Of a DNA stretch of 64,000 bases, positions 12,001-24,155 are shown piece after piece. The first letter of the stretch is position 1; each line of letters begins with the position of its first letter. This DNA is from Curvularia clavata. Its lineage: Eukaryota. The stretch spans positions 1,736,001-1,800,000 of the forward strand of contig CP089279.1 of the NCBI GenBank assembly GCA_023920165.1. Reading direction: 5' to 3'. The notes under the pieces were generated by a model. The model had not been told where the DNA came from and searched no databases. It was given only the letters and a program-made list of their open reading frames with translations. A program made the translations under genes and the position numbers.

Positions 12001-15000
12001 GGTACTCTTCACCTCACTCGAATCTTTGATGAAGAACCAGTCGCCCGTCCTTATCGGCACCAAGACGATCCTAGTGCAGAACCTTCATTCGTGGATACCG
12101 GAGTTAGATGGGTGTATGCCCGCGACCGAAGTCTTCAAGTTGACTGCCGGATTTATCGAGTCCTCTTCCGACGTCCAAGGCAAGCTTATTCTCTACAAGC
12201 TCGTCTTGATCCACCACCTATCGGAGCTTCAAATCTTCCGTCCACCCGAAGTACGTCGCATGCTCTTGGCAAGTACAGTGCAATGGCTTGCTCCATACTG
12301 GGGCAGAGTGGATGCCATGACCGACCAGTGGAAGGACCAAGTGCGCCTCTGTTGCTCAGTCGTGGCATCACAAGTGGAAGAGCTTGGCAAAGAAGCTCCC
12401 GAATACATGCCAAAACTTGTCGAGTCATACCGCGTGATACAAGCCACTCCTCGGCCGGCTAAGAAGACACTTTCTCTATTATTCCCAACAAGCTACCCTT
12501 TCCCATCACGGACCACAACTGCTGAGGCGCACTTCGACGAGGCCATGGCTGAGATATCGGCTGTCCTTGCTGCAATGTCCAGTCTACCCTCTCTTCTGCA
12601 CCCCGAATGGCCTCAAGAGGAAACTGCCGAGTTTTTGTTCTCGGTACTGCAAGTTTACATTTCCATTCTCGACTGCGAGGCATTCCCCAGCTCTTGGTTG
12701 AGCGTACACATTTACCATCACAAGGCCACCATGCGAGCCCTGGAGAAGCTCTTCAACATCCTATCCGACTCGTTTCTCCCCCTTCCCGATGAGGCTGATG
12801 CATTTAGCACAGAGTTGTGGCGTGCATTCTTTGATGCCCTGCTGAAGCTAGTGGGCAGCGACGCGCTTGCATTAGAGACGTTTCCAGAGCAGAAGCGCCG
12901 CGCTGTGTGGAAGATTGCCGGCGATGTTCGTGAGCACGGCGCGGATTTGCTGCAACGAAGCTGGGAGGCTATTGGCTGGGAGGCGTCCATCGAGGACAAG
13001 GCCCAATATGGACTCGAGAAGATGGGCGGTTTCCAAGTGCAATATGTCCCTGGACTTGTGGCACCCATTGTGGAGCTTTGCCTAAGTGTGCATGAAGGTC
13101 TGCGCAGTGTAGCGATTGAAGTGCTTCAAACGATGATCATCAGCGAATGGACGCTGAGTGAAGACTTGGCGCTGATACAAGCTGAGATGATTGATTGCTT
13201 GGACAATTTGTTCAAGACAAAACACCTGACCGAAGCTGTCTCGCAAAAGCACTTCATTCAAGAGTTGGTTGAGCTCTTCGAGCCTCTTGCGCATAATCCC
13301 GAAGACCCATTGCTTGCGGCCTTGAAAAATCTCATATCCACAGTGGATGAGCTACTCGATTTGCTCGTCGCTGTGCATAGCACTGAGGCCACTGGTGAGA
13401 TATTTCACATCATGGACACTTTGCATCTCATGGAGTTCTTGAAGGACATGCAGAAGGAAGACATGTACATCCGCTACGTGCATCAGCTGGTTGAGCTTCA
13501 AGCAGATGCCCAGAACTACACAGAGGCAGGATTGGCGCTCAGATTACATGCGGAGTTGTACGATTGGGATCCAAACACAACTGTCGATCCTCTGACGGAC
13601 CCAAGCATGCCACCACAATCCTCATTTGAGCGAAAGGAACAACTCTATTTCCAGATGATTGATCACTACGAGAACGGACAGTCATGGGATAACGCACTAG
13701 CTGCATACAAAGAGCTTGCGACGCAATATGAACACAACATCTTCGATTTTGCTAAGCTCGCGCGAACACAGCACGCCATGGCTAAGATCCATGAAAGTAT
13801 CGCTAGGGGCGAACGCTCTAACCCTCGCTATTTCAGAGTAGTATATAGGGGCTTGGGATTCCCTCCAGGGCTGCGGGATAAGCAGTTCATCTTTGAGGGT
13901 TCTTCCAATGACCGACTGGCTTCGTTTACTGATCGAATGCAGCAACAGCATCCTTCAGCTCACATTATCAATCCTGGTGCAGAAGTAGACGTTGAGGGCC
14001 AGTTCTTACAAATCTACCCTGTCAGTCCGCAGAAAGACCTGACTCATCCAATCTACCAACGAGCCAAGGTATCCCAATCGGTCAAGGACTACTATTTGTT
14101 GTCTCGGCCATCGCACTTCACGTCAGCATCTCGCCGTTCGCCATCAACTCTCAACGCGAGAGAGACGACTGCGGAGAAGAGTCTCTACACTACGGCTGAG
14201 AACTTCCCAACGATCCTGCGAAGAAGTGAGATTGTTGCTGTAGGGACTGTGACACTGACACCGCTGCAAATGGCCATTGAGCGCACCTCACGCAAGACAG
14301 TAGAGCTTCTTGCTATTGAAAGGCGCATTACGGATGGTGATGACACTGCATTTAATCTGCTCACTCAGGAACTCATGTACGCCGTCGACACGCATTCACG
14401 AGACTGCGTGGCCAACTACCATGATTTGCTACCGCCGCTAGAAAACGCAGAAAAGGACCCAGACGAAGAAACGTATCAGCTCAATCCTCTGGAAAATGCC
14501 ATGAGGGTGGTTTTGGTCGACTATGCTCTCATCATTCGCCGGTGCTTATCACTGTATGTGAGGCCTGCTCAGCAAGCCACGAAAGCAGACCTTTCGCAGC
14601 GTACGTACCTCCCAAGAAACGCATTACTGTTTGGTGTGGCCTAACCGTAGTAGGATTTGAGGCGGCTTACGCCCGAGAACTGTCCCTTCTATTGCCACCG
14701 AACGTGGCACCAGCGACACGCTCTCCTACCAGCTCCTGGCTACCAGCGACTACGTCACGTTCTCAGATAACAAGTCCGGCATCTGACGAAAAACAAGTCA
14801 ATGGAGACAAGGCGGCTCCACCTGTGCAAAATGGCCGATCCTCCCGGCAGGATAAGAAGAGACATAGCCTGGCTGTTTTGACTAAAGAATTCCTTTTGAG
14901 AGAACCAGAGAAGGAGAAGGAAAAAGAAAAGGAGAGGGAAAGAGAGAAAGAGAAAGACAGGGAGAGAGAAAAGGAAGCCAAGGTCGAGAAAACAATGACT

Positions 15001-15342
15001 GACGATGATGCTTCGACCACTGTCTCGTCGCGCAGCCGCAGCAAGGAACCACACAACCGCAATCGGCTCAGCTTGAACTTTCTCAGCCATGCGCCCAGCT
15101 CTCCGCAGCCAGAGGCACTACCAAGCTTCCCCAGCAATGGCCAGTCGAATATGAGTGATAGCAGCCTCCCACGGCAGTCTAGCGCGCCACGGCCAGACAC
15201 AGTCAAAAGCCAGAAGAGCGACAAGTCACTGTCATCGCGATCAGGCAGCGTGAAGAAAAGACTCAGCTTCATGAACATTTCCAAGAAGAGCAGCAAGACT
15301 AGCGTACGGGGGCGCGTTGATGATACCCTTGTAGAGGAATAG
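9041..15342 (+). CDS. DCK1: DOCK-family (dedicator of cytokinesis) Rac GEF with N-terminal SH3, C2/DHR-1 and DHR-2 domains
   Basis: SH3 (AICIYPFQP...DLPLEIGDELYIIEQ...WYRGY...GIFP); PLVDEIASCLREW; C2-type KPRSDIYLTL; DHR-2 motifs MYIRYVHQL...NYTEAGLAL, RYFRVVYRGLGFP and FPTILRRSEIV. Exons 9041-14600 and 14654-15342, intron GTACGT...CTAAC...TAG. Confidence 0.92.
14901..14978 (+). repeat. Purine-rich low-complexity tract encoding an (E/K/R) charged repeat in the DOCK C-terminus
   Basis: GAGAAGGAGAAGGAAAAAGAAAAGGAGAGGGAAAGAGAGAAAG... translates to EPEKEKEKEKEREREKEKDREREKE. Confidence 0.8.
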
Positions 15343-15809
15343 TTCCTTTTGTTTTCTATGTTCTTATTTCATTTTCTTTGTTTTGTTTGCTTTCGCGGCA
15401 GCTTAGAAGCCGCCTAATGCTTGGATACAACACAATCGTGGGGACACAGGTGGATTATCGGGGTGGACCGGGGGCGTGGTCTGGGTGCACATTTGGCCTG
15501 GCTCTTTGAGACGGCATGCAAACTCTGTACAACATACGCGATGTTTTGTTTATACCCTTCCTATTTCTACTTAGATACATAGCACACGATTTACATGAAA
15601 AAAAAAACACTGCAATGGCGATAATGCAACTTGCGTGGCTAGGTGTATTTCGTATCGTGAGCTGTGAATGGTGGAGCAGAGTGGGGCGCTGGCGGTGCAG
15701 GGCTATCGATAGCGTGCGGCCAGGATCCTTGTCGGTCAAAAAAGTTCGAGAGACCCAAAATTGAACTTGTCGCGCGCAGCAGTCTTCAACCACGCGGAAG
15801 TTGGCCGCC

Positions 15810-18800
15810 ATGTCGCTCGACGAGAGACTAACCAAGATCCGGGACAACCCGAAGCTTCAAGGCCAGCAGCAGGTACGAAGCCCTTTGTTTTTCAGTTTTA
15901 AACTACATTGCGAGAGCCGCCGCTGACCTTTCAGACCCATATCCTGCTCTCGGCCATCGAAGATACCCTGCGACAGCAAAACTCAGAATTCACGCCGACA
16001 GCCTACTTTGCCGCCCTGCTGTCGCTGCTTGCCCGCCAGATCACGGCTCAGGGCATCGTCAACAAGGATACGGCCACGGCCACCATCTACCTGCTCGATC
16101 TCGTCACCCCCCATGTGCCCGCCCCGCTGCTGCGATCCAAGTTTACCGATATCCTCACCAATCTCGCACCCGCCCTTACTACCCAAGATGCCGATGCGCC
16201 GCTGATAAGATCCTCAATAGGATGTCTCGAGTCGTTGTTGATCGTGCAGGATGCGCGCGCCTGGGAGTTGCCGCAGACGACCATCAGCCCGCGTAGGGCT
16301 GTCGCGGGATTGCTGCAGATATCAGTGGATCACAGACCCAAAGTCAGGAAGAGGGCACAGGAAGCGCTCAGAAAAGTGCTTGCGAACCCGCCACCGAGTC
16401 CTGCACTGGACCACCCAGCAGCAGACATGTGTGCTGAGACCGCGCAAAAAATGCTCAAGGACATTGCGGCAGAGGCGGCAGCCAAGGCGCGCAAGCACAA
16501 GGGAAAGAGGGATTCAGACAACAAGGATCCCGATCTGATTCATGCGCTGCAGCTTATCAAGACAATTGCGACGTCCTCGGGTGGCTGGCCAAGCACCAAA
16601 ATCGACGTGCTGTGCGAGCTGCTGCTCAACATCTCCAAGTCCAGCAACGAGTTCTTGACCATGGCTGCTTTTGAAATTTTCGAGGTCATCTTTGCAGGCA
16701 TGGCCAACGAGCTTGCTTCTGCCAAGCTACCCAGGCTGTTGGAAGTCATCTCGGAACTGCAGCCTTCCAAGAACGACTCACAACTGCTTCCGCCCTGGAT
16801 CGCAGTTGTGTCGCGCGGCTATGAAGTCTCTGCACAGATTGAGCCCGAGGAAACATTCATGAAGCTCCCCGAGTTGTTCGGCACCATCGCAGAATTTCTG
16901 ACATCTTCATCACACAACATCCGTATTTCCGCCTCCGAGTGCCTGATCTCGTTCATCGTGAACCTCATTCCCGAAAGTGTTATCCTCGAGCCCTCCGTAT
17001 TCGACGAGAAGACCCTGGAAAAGGTTGCTAAATGTGCCCAAGATCTCTTGAGCGTCAAGTATCAAGCCGCCTGGATGGAAGTGTTCAACGTTCTTGCTGC
17101 CATGTTTGAGACACTCAGGTGGCGCTCAGATCCTATCCTTAAGCCTGTGCTGAGGGTTGTTGGGGACCTGAGGGGCAATGATAGTTTTGCGGGTAAGAAG
17201 GAGGCGGACGCAGTCATTTCAAAGGCCATTACTGCAATGGGCCCAGATGCTGTCCTTGAGATTCTCCCGTTGAATTTGCCGCGACCACCACCTGGACAGA
17301 CCGGACGAGTCTGGATGCTTCCGCTCCTCCGCGATTCAGTGCACAACACCAAACTAGGTCACTTCAGGAAAGAGATGGTACCGTTGAGTGAGGAGCTCTA
17401 CCAAAAGGTGATCGATCATGGTGAAAAGGAAAAGACAATGGAGATCAAGGTTTTCGAGACCGTTGTACAACAAATTTGGTCAATCTTGCCCGGCTACTGT
17501 GATCTGCCTTTGGATTTGGTTGAGGCTTTCGATCAGACCTTTTGCGAGATGCTGGCAAACCTTCTCTACGGTCAAGCCGATCTACGAACAGACATCTGCC
17601 GAGCTCTCCAGAACTTGGTCGATAGCAACAAGACGATTGTCGAACTGGAATCCGAAGATGATCTGCTTGCCCAAGCCCGCATCTCCAAAGCTGATGCACA
17701 AAAGAACCTGAATCATCTCGCTGGCTTCGCTAGCAACATGCTCGCAGTCTTGTTCAATGTGTACAGCCAGACTCTGCCACAGTACCGTGGCACTATCCTT
17801 AGGACCATCAACGCCTATCTCAGTATTGTTCCCGAGAAAGAGCTCATGGAAACCTTTGAGCGGGTTGCGACCAACCTTGAGGCCTCGCTTCCGGAGCCTG
17901 GCTCACAAACTCAAGCAGCTAAGCAAAAGCAAGAGGTTGGACCGAACAAGATGCCGCCTATGAGCCACACCCTCATGGACCTAATCATCACCATCGCCCT
18001 ATACCTGCCACGCGACAGCTATGGCTCGCTTTTCCGCATGGCTGAGATTATGATCAACCGAGAGAACGAGCCGCAACTGCAGAAGAAAGCATACAAGCTT
18101 ATTCCTCGGCTTGCAGAGTCTGAGATGGGTCGGATTGCTTTGAAAGAGCGTAATGCAGAGTTGCAACAGCTTTTGCTTACGAGTGCGGAAAAGGCATCAG
18201 CACCTGCACGAAGAGACCGACTCAATGCGCTATTCCAAGTTCTTGAGTCTTTGCCTGAAAGCGATCTTCACTTCATTCCATCGATCCTATCTGAGGTTGT
18301 CATTTCAGCCAAAGAAACTAACGAGAAAGCCCGAGAGGCTGCCTATAACCTGCTTGTTGCAATGGGCGAGAAGATGGCAAAGGGCGGTAAGGTTGTGCAG
18401 TCCAAGGTACCGAACATGCCTGCCGATGCCCCGACGGTCGACGCTTCGCTCGAGGAATTCTTCACCATGGTGTCAGCTGGTTTGGCCGCCACCACCCCGC
18501 ATATGATTTCTGCATCTATTACCGCTGTTACTCGTATCCTTTACCAATTCCACGATCAGATCTCGAAGGAAACTATCACAAATCTTTGTGACCTCATGGA
18601 TATCTTCCTACAGAATCCCAATCGGGAAATTGTCCGCAGTGTGCTTGGCTTTGTAAAGGTCGAGGTCATTTCGTTGCCCGAGTCGCTTGTACGCCCGCGT
18701 CTCAATATCCTCCTCAAGAATCTGATGGTCTGGAGCCACGAGCACAAGGCTCACTTTAAGGCCAAGGTCAAGCATATTGTCGAACGCATGGTTCGCAAGT

Positions 18801-19714
18801 TTGGTGTTGAGGAAGTCGAACGTGCTACACCCGCGGAAGATCGCAAGCTAATCACCAACATCCGTAAGACACGCGAGCAGCGAAAGAAGAAGAAGCAACA
18901 GGCCGCGGAGAACGGCGAGGAGCCAACTGAAAAACGAAAAGGCAAGTTCGAGAGCGAGTACGACCAGGCTGTCTACGGCAGTGAAAGCGACGAGAGTGAA
19001 GGTGACTCCGAAGACGAGTTCGTTAAGAGCCAAAGCAAGCAACATCGCGGCGGTGCCAAGGGTGGCAATACATACATTATTGAAGACGAAGACGAGCCTC
19101 TCGACCTGCTCTCGAAACGCGCTCTTGGAAACATCTCTTCTACAAAGCCTCTCCGTCAGCGCAAGCAGCCATCCAAGATCAAGGCACGCACAAATGAAGA
19201 CGGCAAGCTCATCCTCGGTGATTCAGATGATGAGACAGAAGTCAAAGGCAAGAAATCAAAGAAATCAACTGCCGACGATGACGATGCACTCATGGACATT
19301 GACGATCAGAACACTTCTCTGGAAGATGGTATTAACGCTTATGTTGATGCCATCCGAGGCCGTGATGCCGCTCAGGTCGGCCAGAAGGGACGTCTGAAGT
19401 TCAGCAACAAGCGCACTCACGAAGACGATGAGATGGACATGGACGACGATGGCGCTGAGGCAGATTGGCAGGAAATTCGCAAAGCAAAGTCCGGCTCTGG
19501 TATGGGTAGAGGCAGCGCGAAAAGTGGAGGCGCTGGCCAGAAGAGCCAGAGACGAGCCTTGGGTCAGGAAAGATCGAGAGGAGGAAATGTCAGTGGCGGA
19601 GAAGGCAGAAGCGGGGCAAAAGGCAGGATCGAGAAGACGAAATCTCCGCGGGGTAGAGGTGGTGGTGCTTTCAGAGGAAAAGGACCCAGTGGAAAGTGGA
19701 GTGGGCCAAAGTGA
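15810..19714 (+). CDS. RRP12: Ribosome biogenesis HEAT-repeat protein Rrp12 (NUC173 domain)
   Basis: Exon 1 15810-15872 (MSLDERLTKIRDNPKLQGQQQ), intron 15873-15934 (GTACGA...GCTGAC...CAG), exon 2 is the long ORF. Motifs PTAYFAALLSLL, DHRPKVRKRAQ, AMGPDAVLEILPLNL, RVWMLPLLRD, QIWSILPGYC and EDEDEPLDLL. Confidence 0.93.
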
Positions 19715-20151
19715 AAGAAGATGGAAGTATGACAAAACAAAAAATGGACATGATTTAAGGAGGTGTTTTGGAGAATCATCATTTTCTAGCTTCATTTATT
19801 TGTTGAAATCGATACCAGTTATGGCGTTGACCATCAAACGAATGTGTGTTGCTGATATGGCATTTGTTGAGACACATTGGCCTAACTAGAAAACGGTTCT
19901 TACTGACACTTTCAGGGTCGATTTTGCACATTCAATTTAAACGCAGTGAATTTCCCAAGGGAACATATACACATCCTGTGGCAATATTTATTGCTCAGTG
20001 CAGATTGTTGAAAAGCGTGATGTCACATAACGCAAAGGATGATTTCGAGAGGCAAACTGTGTAACAAATCAAGTGGCGAAAACATGGGCAATGCATTCAA
20101 ACGAGAAGACGGCGATCGTCCCAGTCGACCCAGATATTATTGATTTCTCAC

Positions 20152-21072
20152 ATGAAGAGTCTTCTCGAGCATATCAACAACGCAATCCGAACCATGACAT
20201 CTTCACCCAGAACCACACTATCCACCCCGTCGCGCACAAGCACGTCCTGGAAGCCCTGGAAGCCCGCACGCCTAGATGACTACCTGGAACTTTCTCACGC
20301 GCCCAACGTAGCTAAGACCTCCTCCATCGTCAAGCCCCTCTCCATAAAAGTCGAAGACAGGCCCAATGGTACCGTAACCGGGTTCCTGCACCTGCCCGCC
20401 TCGACCTCCGCAACACCCGCCTCAAAAACCAGCGTCATCTTTCTCTCCGGTGCAGGAGGCGGCGTCGTAGGCCCCTCATCGATATATCTTTCTTTAGCAG
20501 AGAAGCTTTCCTCGCTCGCTCAGCCCATGCCCGCCCTACGCCTCGACTACCGCTACCCAGCCCGCACACAATATTGTGTCCGCGACGTGCTAGCCGCCAT
20601 GCGAGAGTTGCGAGAAGCATATCAAATACAGAGTTTTGTGCTAGTTGGCTGGTCATTTGGTGGTGCGCCAGTGTTCACGGTTGCGGAAAGGGATAAGCGT
20701 GTGGTAGGATGTGTGGGGATTGCTAGTCAGACGGCGGACACTGAGGGGATAGCCTCACTTGCGCCACGTCCTATACTATTGCTGCATGGCACGGGTGATG
20801 CTACATTAACGTATCGGTGCTCGGAGCGCTTGTACGATAGGTATGGTGAAGGGGGAAAGAGGGAGTTGAGGCTTTTTGAAGGGGATGATCATGCATTGAC
20901 AGGGAGTTCGATGGAGGCTGAACGTATAGTGGGAGAATTTGTACTTAGATGCGCTGGGCTGGATCCGCGGGAGGATGGGGAGGGGTTGGGTGAGGTACTG
21001 GTGGGAGAACAGGAGAAGGTGGAGTTGATGAGGAGAGGAGGCGATTTAAGGAGAAATGAGACGATTGAGTAG
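20152..21072 (+). CDS. Alpha/beta-hydrolase fold protein (start may be ATG 20194)
   Basis: Nucleophile elbow GWSFGG, acid in LLLHGTGDATL and His in EGDDHAL give a Ser-Asp-His triad. Confidence 0.85.
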   Translation: MKSLLEHINNAIRTMTSSPRTTLSTPSRTSTSWKPWKPARLDDYLELSHAPNVAKTSSIVKPLSIKVEDRPNGTVTGFLHLPASTSATPASKTSVIFLSGAGGGVVGPSSIYLSLAEKLSSLAQPMPALRLDYRYPARTQYCVRDVLAAMRELREAYQIQSFVLVGWSFGGAPVFTVAERDKRVVGCVGIASQTADTEGIASLAPRPILLLHGTGDATLTYRCSERLYDRYGEGGKRELRLFEGDDHALTGSSMEAERIVGEFVLRCAGLDPREDGEGLGEVLVGEQEKVELMRRGGDLRRNETIE

Positions 21073-22406
21073 GACGTGTTTCATGTAAATTCGAGGTGTT
21101 TTGTTCACAACGAATTTCACTAAAAGTACATGCAGGCAAAGAATTTGACACAATAATTCAGCGTTGGTTGGATGATTACATCTAGGTGATCCATCTTGTT
21201 ATCCGCATGTAAACTCATGCTGCTTGTCTCCCGTCTAACGTTTCTCAGCTACAATTCTGGTTGTCTTATGTTGAAAGCCTGATCAAGCTGCCTGTAGCGT
21301 CTGAACTACGGGATAATTCATAGTAATTCTATGCAAAATCTGGGAAATCAGTCTCCCGGCTCCGTGATATCCTTGGTGACTGTAACTCGAGAATATAAAA
21401 TTTGTTTCTACACGCCAGGTGGACATGGGTAAGGCTTTGGGTACGAACACCATGTTACAGCATTGAATTAGCAATGAAGCTAGGGGCTAGTATATAAAAA
21501 CAAGATGTATAGCTAGCGCTGTCTTTACCTGCAGCATCTAATGGTTATAAACGTCTTATTCACCGCCTTGTCAGTCTACTATCAAGCCCGTCGCAACTAG
21601 CTCTGAATATCCATGGCTTAACACGGTACATGTTATTACAGAATACCCGGATGTCATACGAGTAAGCATCTACAATGCTGCCAAGTAATCTACTTTTGAC
21701 TAGGACTAGCTTGGAACGTAGGTAGACAACAAAGGGTCTCATGTAGCAGCATAACAACATCATTTGCTTACGCCCAGCAGACACACAGCATCACACAAGC
21801 TTGGATACTACCTACCGTTTCTTGACCGGTGTCAAATTGAGACCCTGATAGGTTGTCTGACCGAAGGGTTGGGAGCGTATCAACCTTGTGATTTCCACAT
21901 GTCTAGCTTCAGGCACCCAAGTTTTATCAATCAACCTCGGCATCTCCAGGCTGATCTGCACTGCCTGTCGCAACCAACGAAACATCACGGCGCTCGAACC
22001 ACCCGTTCCATGTCGCTCTACAATCGCCGTGTATGTCGCATTTGGGATGTGATGTTCGCAGCTACAGGATGTTTGTCCGAATGCGATCCGCAAGTATTAC
22101 CACATTCGATACGTTGCCACCTGCATGTGCCCGCCAAAGAGAGACGGCGTTACCCCAGCTATCAAAAGCGGGGGATGACGCTTCGCGACATCACTGGATA
22201 GGCGTGCATAACCAAGGTCCTTGTCAACCTTCAACGTCGCGTGCGCATGCCCATAGCTCCCACCTACTGGCCTACCAGTCTACGTGCGCTGAAACAAATG
22301 TGTATAATTTAAATAAGCAGACTGTTGGGAGTCCGGCGCCTTGGAATATTTCTTTAAATTCATTGCAAACGTTCATAAAGAAGCCTTGCTCAATGACCCC
22401 GCCACG

Positions 22407-24155
22407 ATGGATTTCAACCTTGCAAACTGCGTCTTGTTCCCGGCTGTGGAAGCCATCCTCGCATTCGGTCTGCTCCCGTACATCTTGCAAGGCAACAGTA
22501 ATGGATGCACTCTGACAACATATTTCATTTTCTTCACGCTGCTCAACAACGGCGTTTTGCTTTTCCATAAACTCATTTTGTATCCCTTCTTTCTCTCTCC
22601 CTTGCGCGATCTCCCGCATGCAAGGGGCTTCATTCCACTCGTTGGCCATGGCTGGTGGATGGGGCAGCGACCAGGCGGGGAACCATTTCTCAATGCCATG
22701 AAAGAGACACCCAACGATGGCCTCATCCTTAGTGAAGGCTTTTTCCATACTACAAGGCTGGTTGTGACGTCGCCAGCAGCACTGGCTGATATCCTTGTAC
22801 ACCACAGCTATGACTTTGAGAAGCCACCGTTTGCGAGAACCTTTTTGACAAAATTCCTCGGCGATGGCCTCCTGACGACTGAGGGCGAAGTGCACAAGCA
22901 TTATCGCAAGAGAATCGCACCCGCTTTCCACTTCAGGCATATCAAAGAATTATATCCTATATTTTGGGCAAAGTCGATTGAGTTTTGCCAGGCATTAAAC
23001 AGGGAGCTGTACGACCGTCCGGATCGGGTACTGGAGATTGGTCACTACTCGACGCAAGTCACCATGGATATCATTGGTCTCGCTGGGCTGGGCCGTGATA
23101 TTGGGTCGTTACGGAATAGCGATGATGAGCTGATCAAGAACTACGAGGAGATTCTCGAGCCAACGAAAGAGAAGGCGCTGTACTTCATTAGTCACATCGT
23201 CCTGTCGCCCTGGGTAGTTAGCAAGCTGCCATGGGGACTGAATCAGAGGGTTAAGGTCTTGACTGGCAACTTGAAAAGAATATGCAAGGACTTTGTGGCC
23301 GACAGAAAGGCCAAAATGAAGCTCGAGAGCGTGGACAGCCAAGGCAATAACGATATCCTATCTCTTATGATACGGAGTAATGACTTCTCTGATGAGAACC
23401 TTGTGGATCAGCTCCTTACCTTTCTAGCGGCCGGGTAAGTCTACGCCACGTACTCTTTTGGTACCATCGCTAAGAGCCACAGTCATGAAACCACTTCGTC
23501 GGCCTTGACATGGTCGTCTTACTTGCTCTCCCGACACTCAGGTATTCAAAGCCAGCTGCGGTCAGAAATCCATCAATACATACCGGATCCAAAGATCCTC
23601 TCTGACCCAGCCTTTGACGTGGCTAGCCTCTTGGAGAGTATGCCCTATCTCAATGGCGTCTGCAATGAAGTGCTTCGCCTCTTCCCCACGATCCCCATAA
23701 GTGCACGCGTTGCTATTCGTGATACGACAGTATCGGGACGTTTCATTCCGAGCGGGACAATGTTCTTTGTCGTGCCATGGGTAAGTGAGCTGTCTTCTCG
23801 AAACTGTCGTTTTCTAACTCTGTTTTAGGCGATAAACCGCAACCCCACATTGTGGGGCGCCGACGCCGAGGACTTCGTCCCTGAGCGGTGGATCGACAAG
23901 GAAACCGGACGGGCGACTATGAATGGTGGGGCTGAGAGCAACTACAGCTTTCTGACCTTTTTGCACGGACCCAGAAGTTGCATAGGCGAGAAGTTTGCGA
24001 GGGCAGAGCTGCGGGCGCTCATGGCGGCGTTCGTAGGAAGCTTCGAGATGGCGTTGGCAGACCCCCTGGAAAAAGTTGTGGTAGGTGGGACGATTACGAG
24101 CAAGCCGGTTAATGGGATGAGATTGAAGCTACAGCCGGTGGAATGGGGGTCTTGA
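22407..24155 (+). CDS. Cytochrome P450 monooxygenase
   Basis: Exons 22407-23434, 23483-23780 and 23829-24155 with canonical GTAAGT...AG introns. Motifs AAGHETT (I-helix, split by intron 1), EVLR, PERW and heme-binding FLHGPRSCIG. Confidence 0.95.
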
